A DNA stretch of 64,000 nucleotides from Piromyces finnis finn. Taxonomy: Eukaryota; Fungi; Neocallimastigomycota. Made by a program: the position numbers and the translations under genes. The stretch's first letter is position 1, and the number at the start of each line of letters is the position of its first letter. Of the stretch, positions 53,999-64,000 are shown piece after piece. Under the pieces are notes generated by a model. That model was not told the origin of the DNA and did no database searches. It saw nothing but the letters and a program-made list of their open reading frames with translations. The stretch lies in the NCBI GenBank assembly GCA_002104945.1, contig MCFH01000012.1, positions 186,001-250,000 of the forward strand, given 5' to 3'.

Positions 53999-55069
53999 TG
54001 TATTTATTAATAAATTTCGTCAAGTAATCAGTAATCATCTTTATCTATTATTTATAATATTTATAAATTAAAAATAGTTATAATCATTTTATAAATTATC
54101 AAATATCATATATAAATAAAATTTTAAAATAATAAATTCAATAATAAACAATAAATTTATAATAATAATTGAGAAAATTCATAATATTGTTTTTAATATA
54201 ACCTTTATTTATTAATATTATTAATAAAAAGGTAATTACAAAATACATAAATAGTTCATAAATTTATTCTCTATTTATACTAAGAATTGTGGCGTATTAT
54301 TTATCATGAGAATATTCTATGACTAAATATATTAATAATACATAATTCTATTCTATTCTAAATATTTCTAGATTTAAGTCAAATTATTAATGTTTAACAT
54401 TCCCCCCTCAAATTTGTTTTTTATGAAAAGTAAAAATTAAATTTGAAGAGATTAAGAAATTGAAAAATTTAAATAGTTGAATGTAAAATATAAAATATAA
54501 GATATTAATAAAATAAAGTTGATAAGTTTTTGTAAATTTTGTTATTTTTTAAATATAATGTTAGTGAACTTTTGCATTTTTGATCCATTAATATTAATAT
54601 TTTTTGTTAAAAAGTCTGCTAGCATATTATTTGTGTCAATATATTCTAGTTTAATTTTATTATTTTTAATATTGTCTCTATTGAAATGGAATTTTATATT
54701 TATGTGTTTAAGTTTGGAATTTAATTCACCATTTTCAATTGCTCTTTTACTTGCTAAGTTGTCAGTATAAATAGTTATTGGTTCGTTGAATTTGAATAAT
54801 TCTTCTAGGATATTTCTAAAGTATAAAATTTTCTTTGTGCATTCTGTAGTGCTGATATATTCGGCTTCAACAGTAGAAGTAGCAACAGTTTGTTGTTTAT
54901 TTGAGCACCAACATATTGGATTGTTTTCCATAAGAATTATATATCCTGATGTTGATTTTCCATCAGTCTTATCTCCCCCAAGATCAGCATCAGTGAATTC
55001 AATGATTTTTCCATTACCATCATAAGTAATTTTGTAGTCAATAGTGATTTTAAGATATTTGATAATATT
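53999..55069 (-). mobile_element. Ty1/copia 3' fragment (RT tail-RNase H, PPT, probable LTR 53999-54399)
   Basis: FTDADLGGDKTDGKSTSGY..ATSTVEAEY..IYTDN..KHINIKFHF..MLADFLTK. PPT GAGGGGGGAA followed by TGTTAAAC. Confidence 0.85.
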
Positions 55070-55480
55070 TGTAAAGAACTAGTGTTCAATAAATAAAAAC
55101 ACAAATATATAAAAGGAAAAAATAAAAGCAAATAAAAATTTTATTATTGAACACTTAACAAAATTATAACAGGTTAGTGTTTAATAATTTTATTTTTATT
55201 ATAAAAATTTTTTGTTAATAAAAACTCGAATTAAAAAAATGTTTAAAGAAATTTCACTCGTATTTATATAAAAATTTTTAAAATTAAATTTATAAAAATT
55301 TTACAACTTAATTTTTCAGACCAATCAGAAATTTTCTTTTTTGATAAAATTTTGTTGTAAAAATATTTTAATATTTAATAAAAAAAAGGGATTAATTAGT
55401 ATTTGAACTCGAGTAATCCAAACCAAGGTCTTAGTTACTAACCACTAACACAGGTTACTAATTTCTATGATGTGATACGA
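55070..55480 (-). repeat. diverged solo LTR, family B
   Basis: TGTAAAGAAC end, TATAAATACGAGTGAA, GAGTTTTTATT and the TAGTGGTTAGTAACTAAGAC segment. The right boundary is approximate. Confidence 0.7.
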
Positions 55481-55777
55481 AGAGGATATTATCTTAATTC
55501 TATATTTTACTATAGAAAGTGATAATATCTGTATCTAAAAATTTATAAATAAAAATAAGGAAAATAAAAATAGAATAAATGATTTTTATACTTGTTCATT
55601 TGCAAGTGTTAGTTTTTAATATAAAATGTTATTTTATTTAATTATAAAATTATTATATTATCATATTATTTAATAACTCTAGTATTATTAAATAATTAAA
55701 ATTTAATACATCTAGTATTTATTATAAATGTTGTAAAATAAATATTGTTTTATTAAGTATAAATTGTAACGAATCAT

Positions 55778-58700
55778 TGTAAAAGGTTTATTATAATATT
55801 AGTTAATAGGTTATTAAATTAGTTAATTAAGTTAGTTATTACCTCTCTATACGAGTTAATAACTAAATAAAGTTTTATAAAAAATAATAAAAGAAGGAAA
55901 ATAAATATTATAACACTAAAATAAATATAAACACTTATATAAATATTTTATGAAATAACTTTTACTTAAATAATTATATTTTAATTATATCTTTTATTTA
56001 TTAATTATAATTATCTACATTAATTATTATTATAGTTATTAATTTACTTTAATACTAACGCTAAAGTATTTAACGTTAGTTTTGACTATACTATTTAACT
56101 ATATGAGTTTATTTTCTTTACCACTTGATTGGGTAAAGCAAATAAACTTCCTATTTAATTAATAACCATTAATATATGGTTATGCATATATTTGGCCAAT
56201 AAATGGTGACCAGAATATATGGTTTCAATTGAAATATTTGTGGGCAAACTTATGGCCACAAATATTTCTTACAATGCCCCCCTAAGGAGAAAACCTAGGC
56301 AGGGTTTTGGACACTAACCATGAATTCCTGGTAGCATTTATCTTGAAATTCCTTGAGTAGCTTATCATAGTGGGAGTTCTTGTCAATGATATCGGCATCA
56401 ACCCACTCTTGTCTAAAGTCACTAAAGGTAGCTAAGTATTGGTAGTTATCCTTCTTTCTTCTGGCATTCATGATTTTGATAATTTTCTGGTAGCCCACTG
56501 GTGCAGGTGTTAGTTCTTCAGGTTTGTTATGGTAGGGTTCAAGTTCACTGATATGAAACACAGGGTAGACATTGGGGAAAGGTGACTTGCTGATATCTAA
56601 CCGGTAGTTGAGCTTGCTTTCATCAATTCCAATAACCTTGAAGGGACCGTACTTTCTTGCTTGTAGCTTGTAGAAGGGAAGAGGGTTGTAATTTCCTGGT
56701 TTTCTTAACCACACCAAATCCAGGAGCCTAATTTTAGGGTAGTTAAGTTCTCTTCTATGGTCCAAATGGTCTAAGAACCGTGTTCTTGATATGTCCAACA
56801 TGTGCTTTAAGTTACCTAAGTTGTGAGCGAAGCTATCTAATATAGGAGCTTCACCAAGTGAGTGGACAAGTTCTGAGTCTTGAGGGTTCATATGTACCTG
56901 GTAGTTATACAAGGCTAGGAATGGGGACTGCTTAGTAGAACTGTGCACTGCATTATTATAACAGAACTCAGCTAAGTACAAGTACTTCAACCATTCGTCG
57001 TCATCAAAGGTCTTCACAAAGCATCTAAGGTACATACTTACGTAGGAGTTGTTACGTTCTACCTGACCAACTGTTTCATGATGGCCAGTAGTAGCAAGGT
57101 TTACTTCTACGCCAAAGAACCCCATAATGTCCTTCCACAACTTACTAGTGAACTGGACACCACGATCCGTAGTAACCGATCTGGGACAACCATGTAACTT
57201 GAATACATGTTGTAAGTATGCTAAGGCTGTCTCTTTAGCAGTAGGCATACTCCTAAATCCCACTAAGTGTATCATCTTGGTTAACTTATCGCTACAAACC
57301 ATGATACAACCTCTTCTAGTGACTTCTGGGGGTTCTGAGGGACTACTACCTGGTTTTCTACGTTCCTTAATAGGTAGGTCCGTCAGGAAGTCAATTTCTA
57401 CTTCTTGCCAAGGTAAGTCTGTAACTTTTACCCTAGCAGCGCTACCGTACGGCTTGTGTCTGTTGTCCTTTTGGGTACAACATATGGTACAAGCTTTAAT
57501 ATATCCCGCAATGTCATCCTTCATTTTTGGCCAGTAGTAGTTTCTGGCTATCAGGTCATAAGTTTTATCTTTTCCCAGATGACCTGCTGTTTCACTATCG
57601 TGGTTAAGTTTTATGATTGTTTCCCTTAACACCTTTGGTACATATGTACGTTCTGGTGCATCCTTTCTAACAATCAACCCATTAACCATCAACCACTTCT
57701 TTTTGATGAGCTTGTGGCCTCGTTTTGCGTCAAGACCATCTCTAATTTCCCTAGCAAGCTCATCCGTGTTGTAAGCTTGTTTCAGTTCTCCCACAAAGCT
57801 TACTTCTAACACCGCATAGCACTCTTCTTCCACGGGTGGAAATTCTTTTACCTGTTCAGGTCGAAGGAGGCTAGCTTTTTCCATCTCCAGTTGTACCTGT
57901 TCTGGAGATACCATTCTTGATAGGATATCGGCTCTACCATTCATTTTCCCTGGCCGATATATTATTTCGAAGTTGTATGCAGCAAACAGCTCTTGCCATC
58001 TTGCCTGTCTTGCTGTCAACAACTGTGGTTTTGTGGCGAACAGGAGATTCCTATGGTCACTATATACTAGGACCTTATGTTTCGCACCCATTAACAGGTG
58101 TCGCCACTCGATGAAAGCATTCCTAATAGCCAACAACTCCTTTTCCGTGATGGAGTAGTTGATTTCTGCTTTCGTAAGCTTCTTGGAATAGTAATACACA
58201 GGGTGTAATTCGTTGTCATCGCCTAGTTGTGATAGTACACCACCCACCGCGTAGTTACTAGCGTCGCATTCCACTATGAACTGACGGTCATGGTCAGGAT
58301 ATGCTAATACTGGTGGAGACAACAGCATTTCTTTTAACTTCTCGAACGCCTGGATGCGTTCTTCATTCCACAGGAACTGTACCTTTTTGGACGTCATAGC
58401 ATATAACGGCCTTGCTATCTTAGAGAAGTCCTTTATAAACTTCCTATAATAGTTGCAGAATCCAAGGAATGACTGTAGTTCTTTAATGTTGGTTGGTTGT
58501 GGCCAACTTGCTACAGCTTTTAACTTTTCGGGGTCGGTTTTAATACCATATTTTCCAACTACATGACCCAGGAATGCAAGTTCTTCCTTGTGGAACTCAC
58601 ACTTCGCCAACTTAGCTACTAGACGATTATCTATTAGCTTTTGTAGGACTCTTTTTACATGCCCTACATGCTCTTCAAGTGACTTGGAGTAGATGATGAT

Positions 58701-61700
58701 ATCATCCAAGTACACTTGACAGCAATCATTGATTTCCTCTGCCAGCACCGTATTAATGAACCCTTGGAACGTGGCAGGAGCATTAGTCAACCCAAATGGC
58801 ATCACTAGATATTCATAATGCCCAAACTTGGTTGAGAATGCCGTCTTGTATTCGTCACCTTCACGAATACGCACGAGGTTGTAGGCAGACTTCAAATCCA
58901 ACTTGGAGAAGATAGTCGCGCCTTTCATAGCCTCAAACACTTGACTGATGAGTGGTAAGGGAAAGGAGTTACGCACTGTTACCTTATTAAGACGCCTATA
59001 ATCAGTACATAATCGTCTTTCACCACTCTTTTTGGGCACGAATAACACAGGATAACCTGCAGGACTTTCTGACTTCCTGATGAAGCCTTTTGCCAGGTTT
59101 TCCTCTATATATTCCTTCAGTGCTTTTTCCTCTTCTGGATTGAAGGGATATATAGGCCCTTTATGAAGACTAGCATCCGGCTCCAGGTCGATCTTACAGT
59201 CGTAAGGACGGTGTTCTGGTAGCTGGTTAGCTATTTCTTCATTAAATGCTTCTTTGAAATTGTGGTAGTACTTCTCCACGATTTCTTCAGGTGTGGGTTG
59301 ATTTTCGTTTAAGTTTTCTCCCTGTACCAACCCTACGTAAATGTGATTTTTCTCTAAGTTCGACTCTTGTACCAACCCTACTGAAACACAAGTTTTTTCT
59401 AAGTTGGATTCAAATGTCAACCCTCCGGAATCACATTTTTTCTCTAAGTCAACACTCTGTACCAACCCTACTGAAACACAAGTTTTCTCTAAGTTGGAAC
59501 TCGATGCCAACCCTCCGGAACTTCCGTTTCTGGTTTCTTTTGTAGCCTTGTGGCTACCATTGCCCACGATTTCGGCTTCAATGTTTTCTGCGGTTACAGT
59601 TACCAGAGGCCTTCTTGCTTTTGCATTAGTAACTGTATTTATGGGACTTAATTGAGTACAGTAGTAGATGTCACCCCCATTCACACCATAACTGTTGGTA
59701 TGTCCTTTATCCTTATCATTATCTACTACGAAGTACCTCACTTGTGCATCTTTATCGTAACCTCTGTAGATAAAGTGCTCATCCATGAAGCCCAGTCCCA
59801 CAATGATCATCTCCGGCATGTTGTCGGATAGGTGACAACTTGTGTTGAAGCAGTATGGTTTAGCTTCTTGTTCGCCAGATGGAGTTAACCATAACTTCAA
59901 CTGCAAGTCATCTGAGAACTGCTTTAACTCGATATCTCCATTCACAGTTCTGAATATGGCTGGTTTGTCCACTACCTTTAACCCGAGCTTCTTTGCTAAA
60001 TTTGGGTGAATGAGGTTTGTAGTGGAACCAGTATCATACAAGACTTCTACCCTTTTTATATCTCGAGGGTTGCTTCTTGCATTTATTTCAGCTACTAATT
60101 GGTTCTGACTGTAGTAGCTGTTATTAACCGTCGTTTGACTTGCCATAGCCTTAGGTAATGGGTTATTTCCCATACTAGAAGGTCCTTGCCTTGGTTGGAA
60201 GCTAGAACTTCTTCTAAAGCTTGACTTGTTTAATGATTCACGACGTTCTTTAATACCGTTATTGTTTTTTGCGTAAGCCTGAGTGTTGGTCTGCTCAACT
60301 TTAGGCTTATTATTTGGCTTGTTGTTCTTCTGCTTTAACTCAGCCCATCTAGATGGTCTACATGGGTCTGTGATGTCCAACAAGGCCATAATAGTGGTCT
60401 GGCGGTCTCTTTTGTCGTACTTTTCTATGGTTTCATTACGGAAGACTGCTTGGTGATCATCGCACTTTAACAAGACTTCACTTAATGTTTCCAGCGTACG
60501 TTCCTGTTCAGGGATATCATAGAACGCTTCCCTGACAGAAGGCCTGACCTGTTGTATTAACACCTGTCTCCTAACATTTTCAGGAAGCCCAAGTGTTTCC
60601 GTCAATTCATTGAACTCTTCCAAGTAGTCGTATGCTTTTCCCCACTCATGTGTGAGTTTAAGCAACTTTGACTTGCAGAGTTCATGGGGAGACTCTGGTG
60701 GAAACTTATCTTGAAGGTGGAGGAATAGTCTTTCAGCATCAGGATTCCTACGCTGCAGCATCCTCTCTCTAAGTCTATACCATCTCAATACTTTCCCACC
60801 TAGATGATCTTCAATGAAGCTAACCTTTGCCTTTTCGTCGTTACCATAGTCATATGGATAACGTTTGAAATGACGTAAGCACTTCTCTTGAAAACCCTCT
60901 AAGTCTATCCCATTATTATCAAACATAGGCACTTTTTCTTCATACCTATGTACTCGCCAGTCGAACATCTTCACGTCCCCATCCTCGGAGTATTCCGTAG
61001 GGTTGGTGCTGCTACTAGTTCCAGCACCATGAGGATTACCCGTACCACCGGTTTGATAGGATGTTCTTTCATGAGCTCTGGCTTCAGCTCTTCTGTTCAT
61101 GGCTTCGACTTTAGCCTCGAACAATTTTTCTCTTTCTTCTAGAGCGTTTCGTTGCTCCCTCAGTCTGGCCATCTCTTCTTCAAGCTCTTTTTTATAAGAG
61201 ACAAAGGCACTAGATTGACGGTACAACGTTTCTTGGTTGTTTAGCACTTGCTGGTGGTCTTGTAACCTTTCCTCATGTTCTGCGGTAAAGGCATTTTCCA
61301 CAGCATGCAGCTCTTCCAAGTTAACTTGGCTAGCTGACTCATTTGCTTCCAACCTTTGATCCACTTCAACAAATTTTTGCTGAAGAGCATCGTTTATCTC
61401 GCTCTTGTAAACCTCAATACCCCGCAGTTGTTCTTCCATAGCACCCAGACGGTTTCCCATACTAGCAAACTGGCTAGATATTTCCGAAACCCATCTATTA
61501 AGAAGAACCTCAATGTGTTGCATTGGGTTTACCTCACTATTATTAGTAAAAAAGAAAGAAGGATCAACAGGGGCGGGCATAGAATCCCCCTGTTGAACCT
61601 GTAAATTCTGATTAGATTCGACCTCAGTGCTTTCGAGAAGCACCGGGGTTCGAACCCGTGACATTCCCTCTACACCATCCATGCCATCCGCGCTCGCCGC

Positions 61701-62588
61701 GTCAGGACGGGTCCCGTCCCTTACGAATGATGTTTTTGTGTCCAATTTATGGACACCCCGAGGGTTAGGCGACTTACCTGCGTTTTTCATTTCTAATTCG
61801 AAAATAAATTCTTTTAATAAATTAAAGAATTTATTATATAAAATATGGTTATAATGAATTTTAAAATTTAAAAATAATGAATTTTTAATGCTAAACTATT
61901 AAAAAATAATTATTTTTAATAATAAATTTACTTCTTTTAAATATAATATTTGAATATTATATAAAATATTGTAAATAATTATTATTAAACAATAATTTAA
62001 ATAAAATAAAATATGTTTTTTAAGAATTTTTTAATAACACTAACCTAATTAAAACTAAGCTAACGTAAGAACTAACTATAAAGCGTTAGTATTGTAAAAG
62101 GTTTATTATAATATTAGTTAATAGGTTATTAAATTAGTTAATTAAGTTAGTTATTACCTCTCTATACGAGTTAATAACTAAATAAAGTTTTATAAAAAAT
62201 AATAAAAGAAGGAAAATAAATATTATAACACTAAAATAAATATAAACACTTATATAAATATTTTATGAAATAACTTTTACTTAAATAATTATATTTTAAT
62301 TATATCTTTTATTTATTAATTATAATTATCTACATTAATTATTATTATAGTTATTAATTTACTTTAATACTAACGCTAAAGTATTTAACGTTAGTTTTGA
62401 CTATACTATTTAACTATATGAGTTTATTTTCTTTACCACTTGATTGGGTAAAGCAAATAAACTTCCTATTTAATTAATAACCATTAATATATGGTTATGC
62501 ATATATTTGGCCAATAAATGGTGACCAGAATATATGGTTTCAATTGAAATATTTGTGGGCAAACTTATGGCCACAAATATTTCTTACA
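55778..62588 (-). mobile_element. apparently intact Ty3/gypsy element E7 (family C)
   Basis: 496-bp LTRs at 55778-56273 and 62093-62588 (no differences noticed). TSD ATCAT. PPT AGGGGGG. Confidence 0.97.
56295..61790 (-). CDS. gag-pol: single-ORF Gag-Pol polyprotein, 1831 aa
   Basis: Coiled-coil Gag, LYDTGS protease, YLDD RT, ECDAS RH, HDSETAGH..CTIC, DDE core, YGPF, degenerate chromo-like tail. No stops or frameshifts. Confidence 0.95.
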   Translation of the reverse strand: MKNAGKSPNPRGVHKLDTKTSFVRDGTRPDAASADGMDGVEGMSRVRTPVLLESTEVESNQNLQVQQGDSMPAPVDPSFFFTNNSEVNPMQHIEVLLNRWVSEISSQFASMGNRLGAMEEQLRGIEVYKSEINDALQQKFVEVDQRLEANESASQVNLEELHAVENAFTAEHEERLQDHQQVLNNQETLYRQSSAFVSYKKELEEEMARLREQRNALEEREKLFEAKVEAMNRRAEARAHERTSYQTGGTGNPHGAGTSSSTNPTEYSEDGDVKMFDWRVHRYEEKVPMFDNNGIDLEGFQEKCLRHFKRYPYDYGNDEKAKVSFIEDHLGGKVLRWYRLRERMLQRRNPDAERLFLHLQDKFPPESPHELCKSKLLKLTHEWGKAYDYLEEFNELTETLGLPENVRRQVLIQQVRPSVREAFYDIPEQERTLETLSEVLLKCDDHQAVFRNETIEKYDKRDRQTTIMALLDITDPCRPSRWAELKQKNNKPNNKPKVEQTNTQAYAKNNNGIKERRESLNKSSFRRSSSFQPRQGPSSMGNNPLPKAMASQTTVNNSYYSQNQLVAEINARSNPRDIKRVEVLYDTGSTTNLIHPNLAKKLGLKVVDKPAIFRTVNGDIELKQFSDDLQLKLWLTPSGEQEAKPYCFNTSCHLSDNMPEMIIVGLGFMDEHFIYRGYDKDAQVRYFVVDNDKDKGHTNSYGVNGGDIYYCTQLSPINTVTNAKARRPLVTVTAENIEAEIVGNGSHKATKETRNGSSGGLASSSNLEKTCVSVGLVQSVDLEKKCDSGGLTFESNLEKTCVSVGLVQESNLEKNHIYVGLVQGENLNENQPTPEEIVEKYYHNFKEAFNEEIANQLPEHRPYDCKIDLEPDASLHKGPIYPFNPEEEKALKEYIEENLAKGFIRKSESPAGYPVLFVPKKSGERRLCTDYRRLNKVTVRNSFPLPLISQVFEAMKGATIFSKLDLKSAYNLVRIREGDEYKTAFSTKFGHYEYLVMPFGLTNAPATFQGFINTVLAEEINDCCQVYLDDIIIYSKSLEEHVGHVKRVLQKLIDNRLVAKLAKCEFHKEELAFLGHVVGKYGIKTDPEKLKAVASWPQPTNIKELQSFLGFCNYYRKFIKDFSKIARPLYAMTSKKVQFLWNEERIQAFEKLKEMLLSPPVLAYPDHDRQFIVECDASNYAVGGVLSQLGDDNELHPVYYYSKKLTKAEINYSITEKELLAIRNAFIEWRHLLMGAKHKVLVYSDHRNLLFATKPQLLTARQARWQELFAAYNFEIIYRPGKMNGRADILSRMVSPEQVQLEMEKASLLRPEQVKEFPPVEEECYAVLEVSFVGELKQAYNTDELAREIRDGLDAKRGHKLIKKKWLMVNGLIVRKDAPERTYVPKVLRETIIKLNHDSETAGHLGKDKTYDLIARNYYWPKMKDDIAGYIKACTICCTQKDNRHKPYGSAARVKVTDLPWQEVEIDFLTDLPIKERRKPGSSPSEPPEVTRRGCIMVCSDKLTKMIHLVGFRSMPTAKETALAYLQHVFKLHGCPRSVTTDRGVQFTSKLWKDIMGFFGVEVNLATTGHHETVGQVERNNSYVSMYLRCFVKTFDDDEWLKYLYLAEFCYNNAVHSSTKQSPFLALYNYQVHMNPQDSELVHSLGEAPILDSFAHNLGNLKHMLDISRTRFLDHLDHRRELNYPKIRLLDLVWLRKPGNYNPLPFYKLQARKYGPFKVIGIDESKLNYRLDISKSPFPNVYPVFHISELEPYHNKPEELTPAPVGYQKIIKIMNARRKKDNYQYLATFSDFRQEWVDADIIDKNSHYDKLLKEFQDKCYQEFMVSVQNPA

Positions 62589-64000
62589 ATCATAGAAATA
62601 AAGAAATTGTCTTAGTGGTTAGTAACTAAGACTTTGGTCCGAATGTCTTGAGTTCGAGACTTCTAAATTACTTTTTTTTATTTTATTTTTATTTTAATTT
62701 TTTATTTTGATTTTTTATCAACTCGAAATTCTTTGATTGGTTAAGAAATTTAAGTTGTAAAAAATCTTTTAGATTAATTTTAAAAATTTTTATATAAATA
62801 CGAGTGGATTTTTCTAAATTTAAAAAAAAATTGAGTTTTTATTAATTAATAAATTATTGTTAAACACTAACCTATTAAGTTAAAATTTGTGTGTTTTTAA
62901 TAATAATTTTAAATATTAATAATTAACAGTAAGATAAAAGTGTTTTATATTTACTAAGTTATTTTAGTAAATTGTTATAAATTTTTTATTGTTAAGAACA
63001 CATTTCTTTACAATAAAAACTCCTTTATAATAATAGACTTAATACCTTAGTGTTAAAGAATTAGTTATAGATAAAACTTATGTTTTATTATTGAAGCTTT
63101 TCTTTTAAAACATATTAAAAAAAAATATATATATATATAATTAAAATATAAAATAATAAAATAGTTAAAATTTATTATAAAAACAAAACAGAGTATAGCT
63201 AGTAACAACACTTGAGTTGTGGAGGAGGCGCTCAAAGTTATTTTATAAAAATAAAAACTATAATTATTTTATAAATTTTAAATTATTTTTTATTTTTTTT
63301 TGGAACGAAGTTTTTAATAAAACACTTTATTTTTCAAGTTTTCTTGAAAATTAGATTTATTTAATAATATTTTAAAAATATTATATAATAAACTAATATT
63401 GACTTCCTACGCGTCAAAAGTTAGACTTTGATACCATAATACTTTTGCGTTTAGGTATAGTTGAAACACGGGGAAACTAATTTGTTCAATTCTTTCATAC
63501 TAACAAGAGTTAGCTATTATAAAGAATTAAACAATATTACTTCCTATTATCGAAAGATATTAACATTCGACTTTACCTACTTTATCGTAAAAGAGCTAAA
63601 GGAACTCTTAGATATTAATTTATAACAAATTATATATTTGGTGGTCTAACACTATATAATTTGGCATATATTTTTAAATTATTTTAGTTAATAAATATAA
63701 TTGAAGAAAACTTTTTTAATAAAACATCTTTATCTTTTTCTTTTACTTTTAATTCGTTCCATTAAAAAAAAAATATTTTTTATTGGAGGCTTTGTTTAAT
63801 TTAATATTGATAATTGAAATATTCTTTTCTTATCAATTTTGAGTTAAACAAATTATATTTCAGCAATAGACAGGCCTTATTGATTTATCAACAGGGGCAT
63901 ATTAGGGGTAATAGTAAGAACCTGAAGCGCGTGACGGAACTTAGATCGCGTGAATAGGGCGACGGAAACATCTATTATCGGACGAAAGACCCTTAATCAA

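Larger units (their letters stand above)
55765..64000 (+). mobile_element. family-B-related element E8: 5' LTR (55765-55777 + 62594-63012, split by E7) and leader running off the window
   Basis: TGTAACGAATCAT|AGAAATAAAG..CATTTCTTTACA. Leader shares blocks with the E2 leader (TCGACTTTA..TATCGT.AAGAGCTA; ATATATTTG.TGGT.TAACACTATATAAT). Confidence 0.75.

Noticed and set aside
63860-64000. Possible gag start of E8
   Set aside because: Only faint resemblance to family-B gag, with stops in the frames examined; cannot be supported within the window.

Overview
This is very AT-rich eukaryotic DNA. The composition and a fungal-dockerin-like module suggest an anaerobic gut fungus (Neocallimastigomycota); that assignment is an inference. 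Three layers are visible. (1) Decayed, intronless genes of giant-DNA-virus (Nucleocytoviricota) type: a D6/D11-like SF2 helicase C-terminal half (2571-6220), a D5-like SF3 helicase (about 42217-50099) and a full-length but fragmented RNA polymerase RPB2-like subunit (50734-53997). (2) A divergent pair of very large secreted-protein pseudogenes: an unknown protein of about 1900 aa (18384->6221), and an S/T-rich beta-pore-toxin-like protein with B-lectin and dockerin-like modules (18801-23335). (3) A dense nest of LTR retrotransposons inserted into these genes and into each other: four full-length Ty3/gypsy chromovirus-type elements with 5-bp TSDs, a non-chromo Ty3/gypsy host element, a decayed element, a copia fragment and several solo LTRs. 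The most notable unexplained signals are a six-unit array of covarying ~50-nt hairpins (27183-28346) inside the decayed element, tRNA-like segments inside one LTR family, and Tf1-like self-priming signatures with compensatory changes in four LTR families.
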